Of a stretch of 64,000 bases of DNA, positions 10,400 to 19,429 are shown in pieces. The DNA comes from Faecousia sp. (lineage in GTDB: Bacteria > Bacillota > Clostridia > Oscillospirales > Oscillospiraceae). Location of the stretch: assembly GCA_045546835.1 (NCBI GenBank), contig JAZQDL010000101.1, positions 3,500 through 67,499 on the forward strand, given 5' to 3'. Within the stretch, counting starts at the first letter, position 1. The number at the start of each line of letters is the position of its first letter. Under the pieces are notes generated by a model that made no database searches, was not told the origin of the DNA, and saw nothing but the letters and a program-made list of their open reading frames with translations. The position numbers were made by a program, and so were the translations under genes.

Positions 10400-11623
10400 T
10401 CAAAACGCCCAGTTACCGTTTCTGAAGATGGGAACAACTTTGCCGTCGCGGGTCTTGGCATCAATGTTCATAGATGCGCAGCCGATCATAAAGTCCTCGT
10501 GGACCATAGAATCGTTAATGCCCAGTTCCCGGCACTCGTCCAGGGTCTTATTCTGGAAATCCACAATGGTATCGGCAAAGCCCATACCGATGGCAAGGTG
10601 ACAGGCAGCATTCTCATCGAACAGGGTATTATAGAACAGCAGGCCACTTTCCGCAATGGGACTTCTTTCGGGAACTAAGGCACATTCGCCCAGATAGGCA
10701 GCGCCCTCGTCCATTGCAATCAGAGTCGCAAGCAGCTGTGCACCCTTTTCTGCGCCGCTTTCCACAACCTTACCGCCCTCAAAGCGCATCCAGAAGTTTT
10801 CGATCAACTGACCCTGATAGCTAAGGGGCTTTGTGGAATAGACGATACCCTCAGCCTCGCCCCGCTTGGGGGAGATAAAGCATTCCTCTGTGGGGATATT
10901 GGGATTAAAGTAAATGCCCTGCAGGCTGGTATCACCGCCGCCGCAGAAACGGCTCTGCTCGATCAGACCCACAGTCAGGTCTGTGCCGTTGTCGGCAGTA
11001 TAGTGCAGGCTTTCGATGCCCAGACTGTTCAGGTAGTCACAACGGGCTTTTAAGTCGGCATTGTGCTTTTCCCAAGCGCCGATGGGGTCATCGTTTACGC
11101 GGGAAGTATACAAAATCGCCTCCCACAGCTTTTCGATTGCCTTTCCCTTGGGAAGTCCCGGGAACACCTTCTTTGCCCAGGCAGCGCCGGGGACAGCAGC
11201 AATGCACCACTGCTGCTTGTTTTCCCGCTGGTCGATATAAGGCTTCAGGATCGGGTAGCTCAGCTGCCGCGCCTGAGACATTTTCTTCATATTCACACCC
11301 TTCAGGCCGTCCGGATCTTCACTGATCAGGTGGATACGGCAAGGAAGGGCGTCGCAGTAATGCTGCTGCCGTTCCTTCTGCCACTGTTTCACCTCACCCA
11401 GGGTCTTTACAGACTGGTAGCGGGTGTGGATCTTCTGAAGGGGCTGGTAATTCCAAAGGACAGTCACTTCCTTTGCCTTTGCCTTATAGCACTCCTCTAC
11501 CAAGATCTTTACAAATTCAGGCTGATCCAGGTCTGCGTGGATCAGAACCTCCTGCCCCTTCTGCACATTGACGCCAACCCGGGCAATGAGCCGGGCATAT
11601 TCTCTTAAAACAGTCTTTTTCAT
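10400..11623 (-). CDS. M29 family aminopeptidase (AmpS/PepS-like)
   Basis: PNIPTEECF, YLGECALV, LFDENAACHLAIG, NDSMVHEDFMIG. Confidence 0.92.
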   Translation of the reverse strand: MKKTVLREYARLIARVGVNVQKGQEVLIHADLDQPEFVKILVEECYKAKAKEVTVLWNYQPLQKIHTRYQSVKTLGEVKQWQKERQQHYCDALPCRIHLISEDPDGLKGVNMKKMSQARQLSYPILKPYIDQRENKQQWCIAAVPGAAWAKKVFPGLPKGKAIEKLWEAILYTSRVNDDPIGAWEKHNADLKARCDYLNSLGIESLHYTADNGTDLTVGLIEQSRFCGGGDTSLQGIYFNPNIPTEECFISPKRGEAEGIVYSTKPLSYQGQLIENFWMRFEGGKVVESGAEKGAQLLATLIAMDEGAAYLGECALVPERSPIAESGLLFYNTLFDENAACHLAIGMGFADTIVDFQNKTLDECRELGINDSMVHEDFMIGCASMNIDAKTRDGKVVPIFRNGNWAF

Positions 11624-11739
11624 TGTTTTGCTCCTTTAGTTATTTTTCTTCAGTTTATCAGATTTTACCCCTATCGTCAATCTTTGTTGCAATCTTTCCC
11701 AATTTGGATTATAATACTACCAAATTCCATGCCCAATTC

Positions 11740-11855
11740 AAATTTCAGTTTGACGGTCAGGCTCACTGTAGGGCGGGGGCTTGCTCCCGCCGCTAGAATG
11801 CTCAGTTATCGACGGCGGGGGCAAGCCCCCGCCCTACCTTGATAAACAGTAATTT
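11740..11855. repeat. REP doublet bracketed by outer inverted repeats (MITE-like)
   Basis: AAATTTCAGTTTGACG...GTAG REP pair...GATAAACAGTAATTT. Confidence 0.85.
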
Positions 11856-11879
11856 GAAGTGCAGTAAGAAGGACAGTAT

Positions 11880-12752
11880 ATGCTTACAAAAGAACAGTTA
11901 CACGAAAAAATTGCAGCCGGGGTGCGATTGCTGGACGGCGCAACCGGCTCTAATCTGCAAAAAGTTGGTATGCCCCGTGGCTGCTGCTCGGAAGAATGGA
12001 TTCTTGCCAATCCGGAAAAACTGGTAACGCTCCAGCGGCAGTATGCCCAGGCCGGCAGTCAGATCTTATATGCCCCCACCTTTCAGGCACAGCCCATTGC
12101 CCTGGAGAAAGTGGGCCTTCATAAGCAAACAGAGGCAGTAAACGCCCACCTTGTCAGCCTGACCCGCTCCGCTGCCCCGGAATGTCTGGTGGCAGGAAAC
12201 CTGACCACCCTTGCGGCCTTTACAGAAAGCTGGGACCCGAATCATTTTGATTCTCTTGTGGAAAACTACCGCCGTCAGATCAAAGGACTCCTTGACGGCG
12301 GTGCAGACCTTCTGGCAGCAGAGACCCTTCTGTACCCTCAGGAGGCAGAAGCGATCCTGACTGCTGCCGAGTTAGAGGGCGCAGGCGCAGTGTTATATAC
12401 CTTTACGATGCAGGCAGACGGCTCTTTGTTTTCCGGTATGGATGCAGGCGGGGTACTGCGTAATCTGGAAGAAATGGGTGCAGCAGCGGTAGGCTTTAAC
12501 TGCGTTGCCGCAGATATGATGACCCCTTATCTTGTGAGCAAATTGCGCAGATCCGTAAAAGGTCCGCTGGTATGTAAGCCCAACGCAGGCAATCCGGTGA
12601 TCGGGGAGGATAATCTCCCCCACTATCCGATGATGCCAGAAGAATTTGCAAAAATTATGAAAGACTGCCTTGCTTCCGGCGCTACCCTGCTGGGCGGCTG
12701 CTGCGGCACGGCGCCGGAGTATATTGCCGCAGCGAAAGCAGCCATTCTTTAA
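11880..12752 (+). CDS. Homocysteine S-methyltransferase family protein
   Basis: LLDGATG, GFNC, KPNAG, LGGCCGT zinc-binding motifs. Confidence 0.9.
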   Translation: MLTKEQLHEKIAAGVRLLDGATGSNLQKVGMPRGCCSEEWILANPEKLVTLQRQYAQAGSQILYAPTFQAQPIALEKVGLHKQTEAVNAHLVSLTRSAAPECLVAGNLTTLAAFTESWDPNHFDSLVENYRRQIKGLLDGGADLLAAETLLYPQEAEAILTAAELEGAGAVLYTFTMQADGSLFSGMDAGGVLRNLEEMGAAAVGFNCVAADMMTPYLVSKLRRSVKGPLVCKPNAGNPVIGEDNLPHYPMMPEEFAKIMKDCLASGATLLGGCCGTAPEYIAAAKAAIL

Positions 12753-12775
12753 GCAACATCCTTCCATCTTAAGTT

Positions 12776-12815
12776 GGAGATTGCCTCACCAGCGTGCGCG
12801 CTGGTTCGCAATGAC
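12776..12815. repeat. Single unit of the GTCATTGCG/GATTGCCAC palindromic repeat family
   Basis: GGAGATTGCCTCACCAGCGTGCGCGCTGGTTCGCAATGAC; related copies at 15528-15652, 50437-50541, 53964-53998 and 54540-54624. Confidence 0.75.
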
Positions 12816-12836
12816 ACTTAACTTTTCTTTTGATGG

Positions 12837-12865
12837 TTGCCAAAATTGTCGAATTTTGTTATACT
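12837..12865 (+). promoter_or_regulatory. SigA-type promoter with extended -10
   Basis: TTGCCA-17 bp-TATACT preceded by TG; ATG follows at 12875 with no Shine-Dalgarno. Confidence 0.55.
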
Positions 12866-12874
12866 ATATATGTT

Positions 12875-14281
12875 ATGGAAAAGAAAACACATTTTTACAT
12901 CAGCCGCAAAAGCGTGCTGACCTGGTTGATGGCACTTTGTATGGTATGCTCGGCAGTGGCCCGCATCGCAATACCCGGTATGAAAGGAACCGGAGTGTGG
13001 AGCCAAATCGTTCTGCCGGTGGCGGCATCCCTGCTTTATGTGCTCATCGCCCTCATTAACGGCAAAGAACAATTCTATAAAACCGCCATTCCTGTGTGGA
13101 TGTACGCGATCTATTACTGCTTTGTCTTTGCCGGTTTCGGCTTTGATAAGCTGGTGGTGGCACTGTACGCCATTGCGCTGCTGTTCATCGCTGTGATCTA
13201 TACCCAGATCACCAGCGGCAGAGAAAAGCTGACACTGGTGCTGATCCCGTTGCTTGCCTTCCCTGCAGCAGCACTGCTGTATCTGAACCGGGCAGCTGTA
13301 CTGGCAGGCAATTATGCAGAGCTTCTGCATCTGGTTCCGGACCTGCTGATGACACTGGGCTTTGTGTTTATGGTGTTTGCGATCCGTGTCCATCCCGCCG
13401 GGGAATATCATCCCACCTGGGGTGATCGCAGCGATGGCCGTAAGATCCGCACCCTGGCACCGATGGCGCAGATCACCGCCTACTTCCAGGTAGAGCGGAA
13501 CACCTGCTCCAATCTGTTTGAAGAGTCCTTTGAAATTACACATATTGAACGCTACATCCGTCAAAAGCGGAAAGAGGGACTGACAGATTTCGGCATCACC
13601 CACGTTCTGCTTGCCGCTTATGTCCGTGGTGTTGCCAAGTATCCCCAGCTGAACCGGTTTATTTCCGGTCAGAAGGTCTATTCCCGGGGCGAGGACATTC
13701 AGTACTGTATGGTCATAAAAAAAGAAATGACCGTGGATTCCCCGGACACTTCCATTAAGGTCCACCTGAACCCCCGGGACACTGCTGTGGATGTGTATCA
13801 CAAGCTCAACACCGCCATTGAAGGCGTAAAGGCCACCCAGGAGCTGGACTCCAATCTGGACAACCTGATCGGTTATCTCAACCTGATCCCCAGCGTGGTT
13901 TTGAAGTTTGTGGTGTGGCTATTAAAGCTTCTGGACTACTTTGGTCTGCTGCCTAAGTTCCTGCTGGAGCTGAGCCCCTTCCACGGAAGTCTGTTCTTCA
14001 CCTCTATGGGTTCTCTGGGCATCAAACCCATTTATCACCATCTGTACGACTTCGGCAACCTGCCTGTCTTCGGTGCATTCGGCTGTAAGCGCCGGGCGCT
14101 GGAAGTGGAGGAGGACGGTTCTGTTGTGCAGAAAAAGTACATCGATGTAAAATTCGTTCTGGACGAGCGCATCGTAGACGGCTACTATTATGCCGCCTTC
14201 TTTAAGCATTACCGCAGCATCCTGCGGCATCCTGAAATTCTGGACGATCCCCCTGCGGAAATTGTCCGTGACATTGATTAA
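12875..14281 (+). CDS. Membrane protein fused to a 2-oxoacid dehydrogenase E2/CAT-like acyltransferase domain
   Basis: About 5 hydrophobic N-terminal segments; C-terminal YPQLNRF, FTSMGSLG, VLDERIVDG. Confidence 0.7.
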   Translation: MEKKTHFYISRKSVLTWLMALCMVCSAVARIAIPGMKGTGVWSQIVLPVAASLLYVLIALINGKEQFYKTAIPVWMYAIYYCFVFAGFGFDKLVVALYAIALLFIAVIYTQITSGREKLTLVLIPLLAFPAAALLYLNRAAVLAGNYAELLHLVPDLLMTLGFVFMVFAIRVHPAGEYHPTWGDRSDGRKIRTLAPMAQITAYFQVERNTCSNLFEESFEITHIERYIRQKRKEGLTDFGITHVLLAAYVRGVAKYPQLNRFISGQKVYSRGEDIQYCMVIKKEMTVDSPDTSIKVHLNPRDTAVDVYHKLNTAIEGVKATQELDSNLDNLIGYLNLIPSVVLKFVVWLLKLLDYFGLLPKFLLELSPFHGSLFFTSMGSLGIKPIYHHLYDFGNLPVFGAFGCKRRALEVEEDGSVVQKKYIDVKFVLDERIVDGYYYAAFFKHYRSILRHPEILDDPPAEIVRDID

Positions 14282-15082
14282 ATGAAAGAATCTATTTTAT
14301 CTAGGTTATCAGCAGAGTGTCCCTGGCGGGACACTCTGTATTGGTATGATACCATTGACTCTACCAATACAAAAGCAAAAGAGCTTGCCAAAGACGGTGC
14401 GCCCCACGGAACAGTTCTGATCGCAGGGCATCAGACCGGCGGTCGGGGCAGGCTGGGTCGCAGCTTCTCGTCCCCTGCAGGTATGGGCGTTTACCTTTCG
14501 GTTATTCTCCGCCCCAACTGCAAGCCTGCCCAGCTGATGCATCTGACCTGCGCCACAGCTGTGGCGATGTGCAATGCGGTAGAGCAGGCTGCCGGACTCC
14601 GCCCCGGGATCAAATGGACAAACGATCTGGTATTCAACCGAAAAAAGCTGGGGGGCATCCTCACAGAGCTTTCTCCCGATCCCAATACAGGGCTTGTGGA
14701 CTATGCCATTATCGGCATTGGCATCAACTGCTGCCAAACCAAAGCCGATTTCCCGCCGGAAATTCAGGATATGGCTGCATCCCTTTCTATGGTTTCCGGT
14801 CAAGCTGTGAAGCCTGCCAGTTTAGCTGCGGCAATGATCGAGGCTTTGGTGGATATGGACCGGTCTTTGCTTTCAGGAAAAGAAGAGATGATGGACTGCT
14901 ACCGAAAAGACTGCATCACCCTGGGGCAAGACATTCTGCTTGTGCAGGGGGATAACACCTGCTACGGCACTGCCCTTGATCTGGACGAAGCAGGCGGTCT
15001 GATCGTTCGATTTGCCGACGGCTCTGTGAAAACAGTCACCTCCGGAGAGGTCAGCGTCCGGGGAATGTACGGATATCTTTGA
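14282..15082 (+). CDS. birA: Biotin-protein ligase without HTH domain
   Basis: IDSTN, QTGGRGRLGRSF, IKWTND, KKLGGIL, GIGIN, SGEVS. Confidence 0.93.
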   Translation: MKESILSRLSAECPWRDTLYWYDTIDSTNTKAKELAKDGAPHGTVLIAGHQTGGRGRLGRSFSSPAGMGVYLSVILRPNCKPAQLMHLTCATAVAMCNAVEQAAGLRPGIKWTNDLVFNRKKLGGILTELSPDPNTGLVDYAIIGIGINCCQTKADFPPEIQDMAASLSMVSGQAVKPASLAAAMIEALVDMDRSLLSGKEEMMDCYRKDCITLGQDILLVQGDNTCYGTALDLDEAGGLIVRFADGSVKTVTSGEVSVRGMYGYL

Positions 15083-15161
15083 TTTTGAAATATTTTTTAT
15101 TGCATTTTCCCCTTATCTTGGTTATACTGATTATAGAAGATAAAATTAAGGAGGTTTTACT

Positions 15162-15407
15162 ATGAAAGTTTTTAATACTGTTATGAAGATCCTGGCTGCG
15201 CTTGCAGTGGTAGCCGGCATTGTTTATGTGGTCGCTACTTACGGCGACAAGATCGTAGCCTGGGCAAAGGGCCTGTTTGCCTGGTGCAAGGAAAAGTGCT
15301 GTTGCTGCTGCGGTGACGATTGCTGCTGCGGTGACGATTGCTGCTGCGAAGCTGAAGCCGTTGAAGAAGCTGCCACCCTGGCAGACGACGCTGATTTTGA
15401 ATGTTAA
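15162..15407 (+). CDS. Small membrane-anchored Cys-rich protein
   Basis: AAGGAGG RBS, N-terminal hydrophobic helix, CCCCCGDDCCCGDDCCC, acidic tail; hairpin terminator at 15434-15462. Confidence 0.75.
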   Translation: MKVFNTVMKILAALAVVAGIVYVVATYGDKIVAWAKGLFAWCKEKCCCCCGDDCCCGDDCCCEAEAVEEAATLADDADFEC

Positions 15408-15472
15408 TTCAATCAAAATAAATGAAACCAATTGGGAGGTGGCTCAAACTGAGCCACCTCCCTCATTTTGTC

Positions 15473-15689
15473 AAATTTCAGTTTGACGGTCAGTTGTAAA
15501 CATTGCAGCCAGCCATCGTACCTCCACGTCTTTGCGAGGAGTGCATAGCGCGACGTGGCAAACCGCATTCCACTAAAACATTGCAATAACAATGCTTTTC
15601 CGATAGGAGAACGGATTGCCACAACCAGTCTGCGGACTGGTTTCGCAATGACGTGCGTTTTAGGTAAGCTGTTCGTCAAACAGAAATTT
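15473..15689. repeat. MITE-like element: same outer inverted repeats but GTCATTGCG-family cargo
   Basis: AAATTTCAGTTTGACG...GTCTTTGCGAGGAG..GTGGCAAACCG...CGGATTGCCAC..TCGCAATGAC...CGTCAAACAGAAATTT. Confidence 0.8.
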
Positions 15690-15813
15690 GACAGCCGGAA
15701 AAGGATGCTTCACTTCATTTTGCAACAGCTTTCTTGTTGCATGCGCTCTTTTTTTGGTATATAATAGTCTGGTAATATCAAATATATTATAATTTAGAAA
15801 GTGATAGGATCAG

Positions 15814-16953
15814 ATGAAATATATTATTGATAAGCAGATCAAAGCGCCTGCCTACCTGCAGCTTTATATGTGCCTGCGCGCTGACATCGTAAACGGAGTC
15901 TACCCTCTGGGCAGCAAGCTGCCATCCAAACGGGTTCTGTCCTCAGATACCGGGGTCAGCAGCATTACCGTGGAGCACGCCTACGAGCTGCTGTGCGACG
16001 AAGGCTATGTAGAATCCCGGCAGCGCAGCGGCTATTATGTGATCTTCCGGACTGACGACGGCTTTGCTGCCTCCGCGCCAAAGGATTTTGTACGTTCCTC
16101 CCACAGCCCCAGTGATGACACCGCAGTCTCTTTCCCCTTTTCCGTGCTGGCAAAACGGATGCGCAGTGTGATCAGCGATATGGGCGAAGGCATTTTTGAG
16201 CGGTCTGACAATTGCGGTTGTCTTGCGCTGCGCAATGCCATACGCCTTTATCTGGCACAAAGCAGAGGGATCAGCGCAGATACCCGGCAGATCATTATCG
16301 GCTCCGGCTCGGAGCAGCTGTATTCCCAGCTCATAAAGCTTTTGGGCAAAGACTGTGTCTATGCCATTGAGACCCCCTCTTACCATATGATCGAGCAGGT
16401 CTATACCCAGGCGGATGTGGCAATTGAAAAACTGCCTTTGGGTGCAGACGGCATCGACACGGATGCCCTGCGGGATTGCCGGGCAGATGTTTTGCACATA
16501 TCTCCCTACCGCAGCTTCCCCTCTGGTGTCACCGCCACCGCCTCCAAGCGCCACGAATATCTTCGCTGGGCAGAAACAGACGGTCGGCTGATTATTGAGG
16601 ATGATTTCGAATCGGAATTTTCCGTTTCCACAAAGCCGGAGGAAACTTTGTTTTCCCATACAAAGGGCAGCAATGTGATCTATATGAATACATTCTCCAA
16701 GACCATCTCCCCTTCCTTCCGTGTGGCATATATGGTCCTTCCAACAGCGCTGGCAGAGAAATATGAACAGCTGCTTGGCGCATATGCCTGCACAGTACCC
16801 ACTTATATCCAGTATGTGCTATCTGAGCTGATCGCAAAGGGCGATTTTGGACGCCATATCAACCGTGTCAGACGGGCGAAACGAAAAGAGCTTGCTGCCA
16901 AAACAACTGCTTTTCCATTTTCTGTGGCTTTTTCCGAAAAGAAGCATTTATAA
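15814..16953 (+). CDS. MocR/GabR-family regulator (GntR HTH + PLP aminotransferase-like domain)
   Basis: KLPSKR...VEHAYELLCDEGYVESRQRSGYYV; IIEDDFESEF; NTFSKTISPSFRVAYMVLP. Confidence 0.9.
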   Translation: MKYIIDKQIKAPAYLQLYMCLRADIVNGVYPLGSKLPSKRVLSSDTGVSSITVEHAYELLCDEGYVESRQRSGYYVIFRTDDGFAASAPKDFVRSSHSPSDDTAVSFPFSVLAKRMRSVISDMGEGIFERSDNCGCLALRNAIRLYLAQSRGISADTRQIIIGSGSEQLYSQLIKLLGKDCVYAIETPSYHMIEQVYTQADVAIEKLPLGADGIDTDALRDCRADVLHISPYRSFPSGVTATASKRHEYLRWAETDGRLIIEDDFESEFSVSTKPEETLFSHTKGSNVIYMNTFSKTISPSFRVAYMVLPTALAEKYEQLLGAYACTVPTYIQYVLSELIAKGDFGRHINRVRRAKRKELAAKTTAFPFSVAFSEKKHL

Positions 16954-17049
16954 TATGTGCAATTTCGGCAAAGCTATGTTTGCGGAAAGAAAAGTGCTTT
17001 CTTCGGAAAGTGCCGGACTTTCCAAGAAAGCAAAAGGAGAGAAACTACA

Positions 17050-17207
17050 ATGAAGAACAACAATCAGATCAATGTTCCCCAGGCACGGGAAGCTATGGAC
17101 CGCTTTAAGATGCAGGCTGCTCAGGAAGTGGGCGTTAACCTGACTAACGGCTACAACGGTCACCTGACCTCCCGTGAGGCCGGCTCCGTCGGCGGCCAGA
17201 TGGTCAA
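17050..17207 (+). pseudogene. 5' part (codons 1-52) of an interrupted alpha/beta-type small acid-soluble spore protein gene
   Basis: AAGGAG RBS; MKNNNQINVPQAREAMDRFKMQAAQEVGVNLTNGYNGHLTSREAGSVGGQMV is the SASP signature. Similarity stops abruptly and the frame reads on into the element to a stop at 17307. Confidence 0.92.
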
Positions 17208-17230
17208 CATTATGACACCCGTACGAACTT
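17186..17230 (+). other. attL of the SASP-interrupting element (crossover AA at 17206-17207)
   Basis: GGCCAGATGGTC-AA-CATTATGACACCCGTACGA; the right arm is an imperfect inverted repeat of the attR left arm. Confidence 0.85.
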
Positions 17231-17337
17231 TAAAATTTGAACGCAATAATCGCATCTCCCAGGGACATAAAAGCTTTGTCTCTTATACATTTTCTTTTAC
17301 TCTATAATGTATCAAATAGATTTCGCCAAATATGTCG

Positions 17338-17366
17338 TTGACAATTATACGCCATCAGCGTATAAT
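17338..17366 (+). promoter_or_regulatory. Consensus SigA promoter with overlapping inverted repeat
   Basis: TTGACA-17 bp-TATAAT; ATTATACGC-N5-GCGTATAAT palindrome at 17344-17366. Confidence 0.8.
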
Positions 17367-17429
17367 AAATATGGATTTTGCAGTATCTAACTGCAAAAAT
17401 AGTGGATATTTCGCGGAGGTTGTAACGAT

Positions 17430-18767
17430 ATGGAACGGTTATTAATTTCTAAACTTGTCGAATGGAAGGAAAAATCGGGCAGAAAACCGCTAATTCTGAA
17501 AGGTGTTAGACAATGTGGAAAGACATACTTGTTGAAAGAATTTGGAAAGCAGCATTATGAATCCTGCGCTTATTTTAATTTCGAAGAAAATAATGCACTG
17601 CAGAAGGTCTTCGAAAAGGATTATGATACAAAACGCATTATCTTTGAACTGGGTCTGTATTGGGGCAAAACCATTGAGTCCGGAAAAACCCTAGTGATTT
17701 TGGATGAGATTCAAGAGTGCGGGCGAGCTATTACGGCTATGAAATACTTCTGTGAGAACGCACCGGAGTATCACATTGTTTGTGCAGGCTCTCTCTTGGG
17801 CATTGCTTTGCAAAAACAATTATCCTTCCCTGTAGGCAAGGTAGACTTTCTCACCCTTTATCCAATGAGCTTTTCAGAATTTCTACGTGCTACTGCTCCT
17901 CAGCATCTTACTGAGTTTGTAGAAAATTTTAGGAAGGGTGACAATCTGCCCGAAGTGATTGGTGAGAGATTAGCAACTTTTTTGCGCCAGTATTACATTA
18001 CCGGTGGTATGCCAGAAGTTGTTAAGGTGTGGCGTGAGACCTACAATATTGAGCAGGTTGAAAATGTACAGCAAGCAATCATCAACAGCTATGAGTTGGA
18101 TTTTGCTAAACATGCTCCAGCAAAAGACTTTCCGAAACTGACTGCGATTTGGCGATCCATCCCGGAACAACTTGCCAAGGAAAATACAAAATTTATTTTT
18201 AGCCATGTGAAGAAGGGATGGCGATCCAAAGATTTGGAGGATGCTCTGGAATGGCTAATTGGCGCTGGTTTGGTTTATAAAGTCAGTAAAATTGAAAAGC
18301 CGTTTATTCCTCTTTCTTCCTATGCAGATGATACTGCGTTCAAACTCTATATGTCCGATGTAGGCATTCTGCGTAAACTCTCTAAGTTGCCTTATGAGAT
18401 AGTATTGAATGCGACCCCCAGTTATCGGGAGTTCAAGGGTTCTATGACCGAGAACTATGTACTTTGCGAACTGTTGAAATCCGTGGATAACACCGCATAT
18501 TATTGGTCCAGCGGTAATACTGCAGAAGTGGACTTTATCATCCAAAGCGGTGCCGAGATCATTCCCATTGAAGTCAAATCAGAAAAGAATGTCAAGACTC
18601 GCTCCTTGGCGGAATACCGAAAAAAGTATGGACCAAAGTATTCTGTTAAAACCTCTATGAAGATCGACACCTCGGGTGAAGAAGTGCTAAATATCCCCCT
18701 GTACCTAATCTCCCAAATACCAAACTTTGTAAAGGCGCAAGAAGAGTCCTCTTATTACAACAACTGA
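17430..18767 (+). CDS. AAA ATPase with DUF4143 / PD-(D/E)xK-like C-terminus
   Basis: GVRQCGKT, ILDEIQ, CAGSLLG, ITGGMPE, EVDFII..IPIEVKS. Confidence 0.88.
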   Translation: MERLLISKLVEWKEKSGRKPLILKGVRQCGKTYLLKEFGKQHYESCAYFNFEENNALQKVFEKDYDTKRIIFELGLYWGKTIESGKTLVILDEIQECGRAITAMKYFCENAPEYHIVCAGSLLGIALQKQLSFPVGKVDFLTLYPMSFSEFLRATAPQHLTEFVENFRKGDNLPEVIGERLATFLRQYYITGGMPEVVKVWRETYNIEQVENVQQAIINSYELDFAKHAPAKDFPKLTAIWRSIPEQLAKENTKFIFSHVKKGWRSKDLEDALEWLIGAGLVYKVSKIEKPFIPLSSYADDTAFKLYMSDVGILRKLSKLPYEIVLNATPSYREFKGSMTENYVLCELLKSVDNTAYYWSSGNTAEVDFIIQSGAEIIPIEVKSEKNVKTRSLAEYRKKYGPKYSVKTSMKIDTSGEEVLNIPLYLISQIPNFVKAQEESSYYNN

Positions 18768-19429
18768 AAGGCGTATTATCATAAAACTTATTAGCGATGA
18801 AAGAAATATCGCACCACAAGAATTAATAAAAGCAAACTCTACAGAATTTCTTTCTGTTTGTACTACGGCACCCTATTTCACTGAGCGAAGATAGTTTACT
18901 GACACCTTTGTTACTTTTGATTGATAGATTAACAAATGTTTCTTTCGTGATTAGCGCGATTGTTGTTCTTAGCATTAAATAAGCTACGAGCAACCAAACA
19001 AGAAACCGCATGCTTACCATTATGCAAGCATGCGGTTTTTATGCCAACGCCCTCAATTATAGGGTTAACCTTTATACAACTGTCAGATGCTGAAAACACT
19101 AAAGATATGAAAGCTCTCAAATTCTTAGCCAATATCCCCCCATTTTTTACACTACTTTAATGCCTTTAGAAAACAAAAAACACACAACTATAGACAACAT
19201 TACAGGCTTGCACTGAATCGAGCGTTTTTCCTTATTGCTCTGTAGCATCCTTTATTATCTGCCGATATCATTTAATCTTACCGTTTTCTAAGGTATAATC
19301 TACATAATGGCAGAAAACAATTGCCTTTTTATATTGCTCATGATATTATTATTGTGTAGTAGGATATAATAAAATTCTATTTCTACTTGCTCGATATATG
19401 CCTATAATATTTGTTAACGAGGTGAGTAA

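Noticed and set aside
16944-16976. Possible SigF/SigG promoter for the SASP gene (GCATT...GGCAAAGCTA)
   Set aside because: Spacing and match to consensus are too poor to call by eye.
16957-17307. 116-aa ORF as an intact gene
   Set aside because: The real start is ATG 17050 with an RBS, and the frame is a SASP/element chimera.
18770-19420. Short ORFs or ncRNA in the gap before the five-gene operon, and in 33430-33760
   Set aside because: No convincing RBS, motif or structure could be supported without a covariance search.
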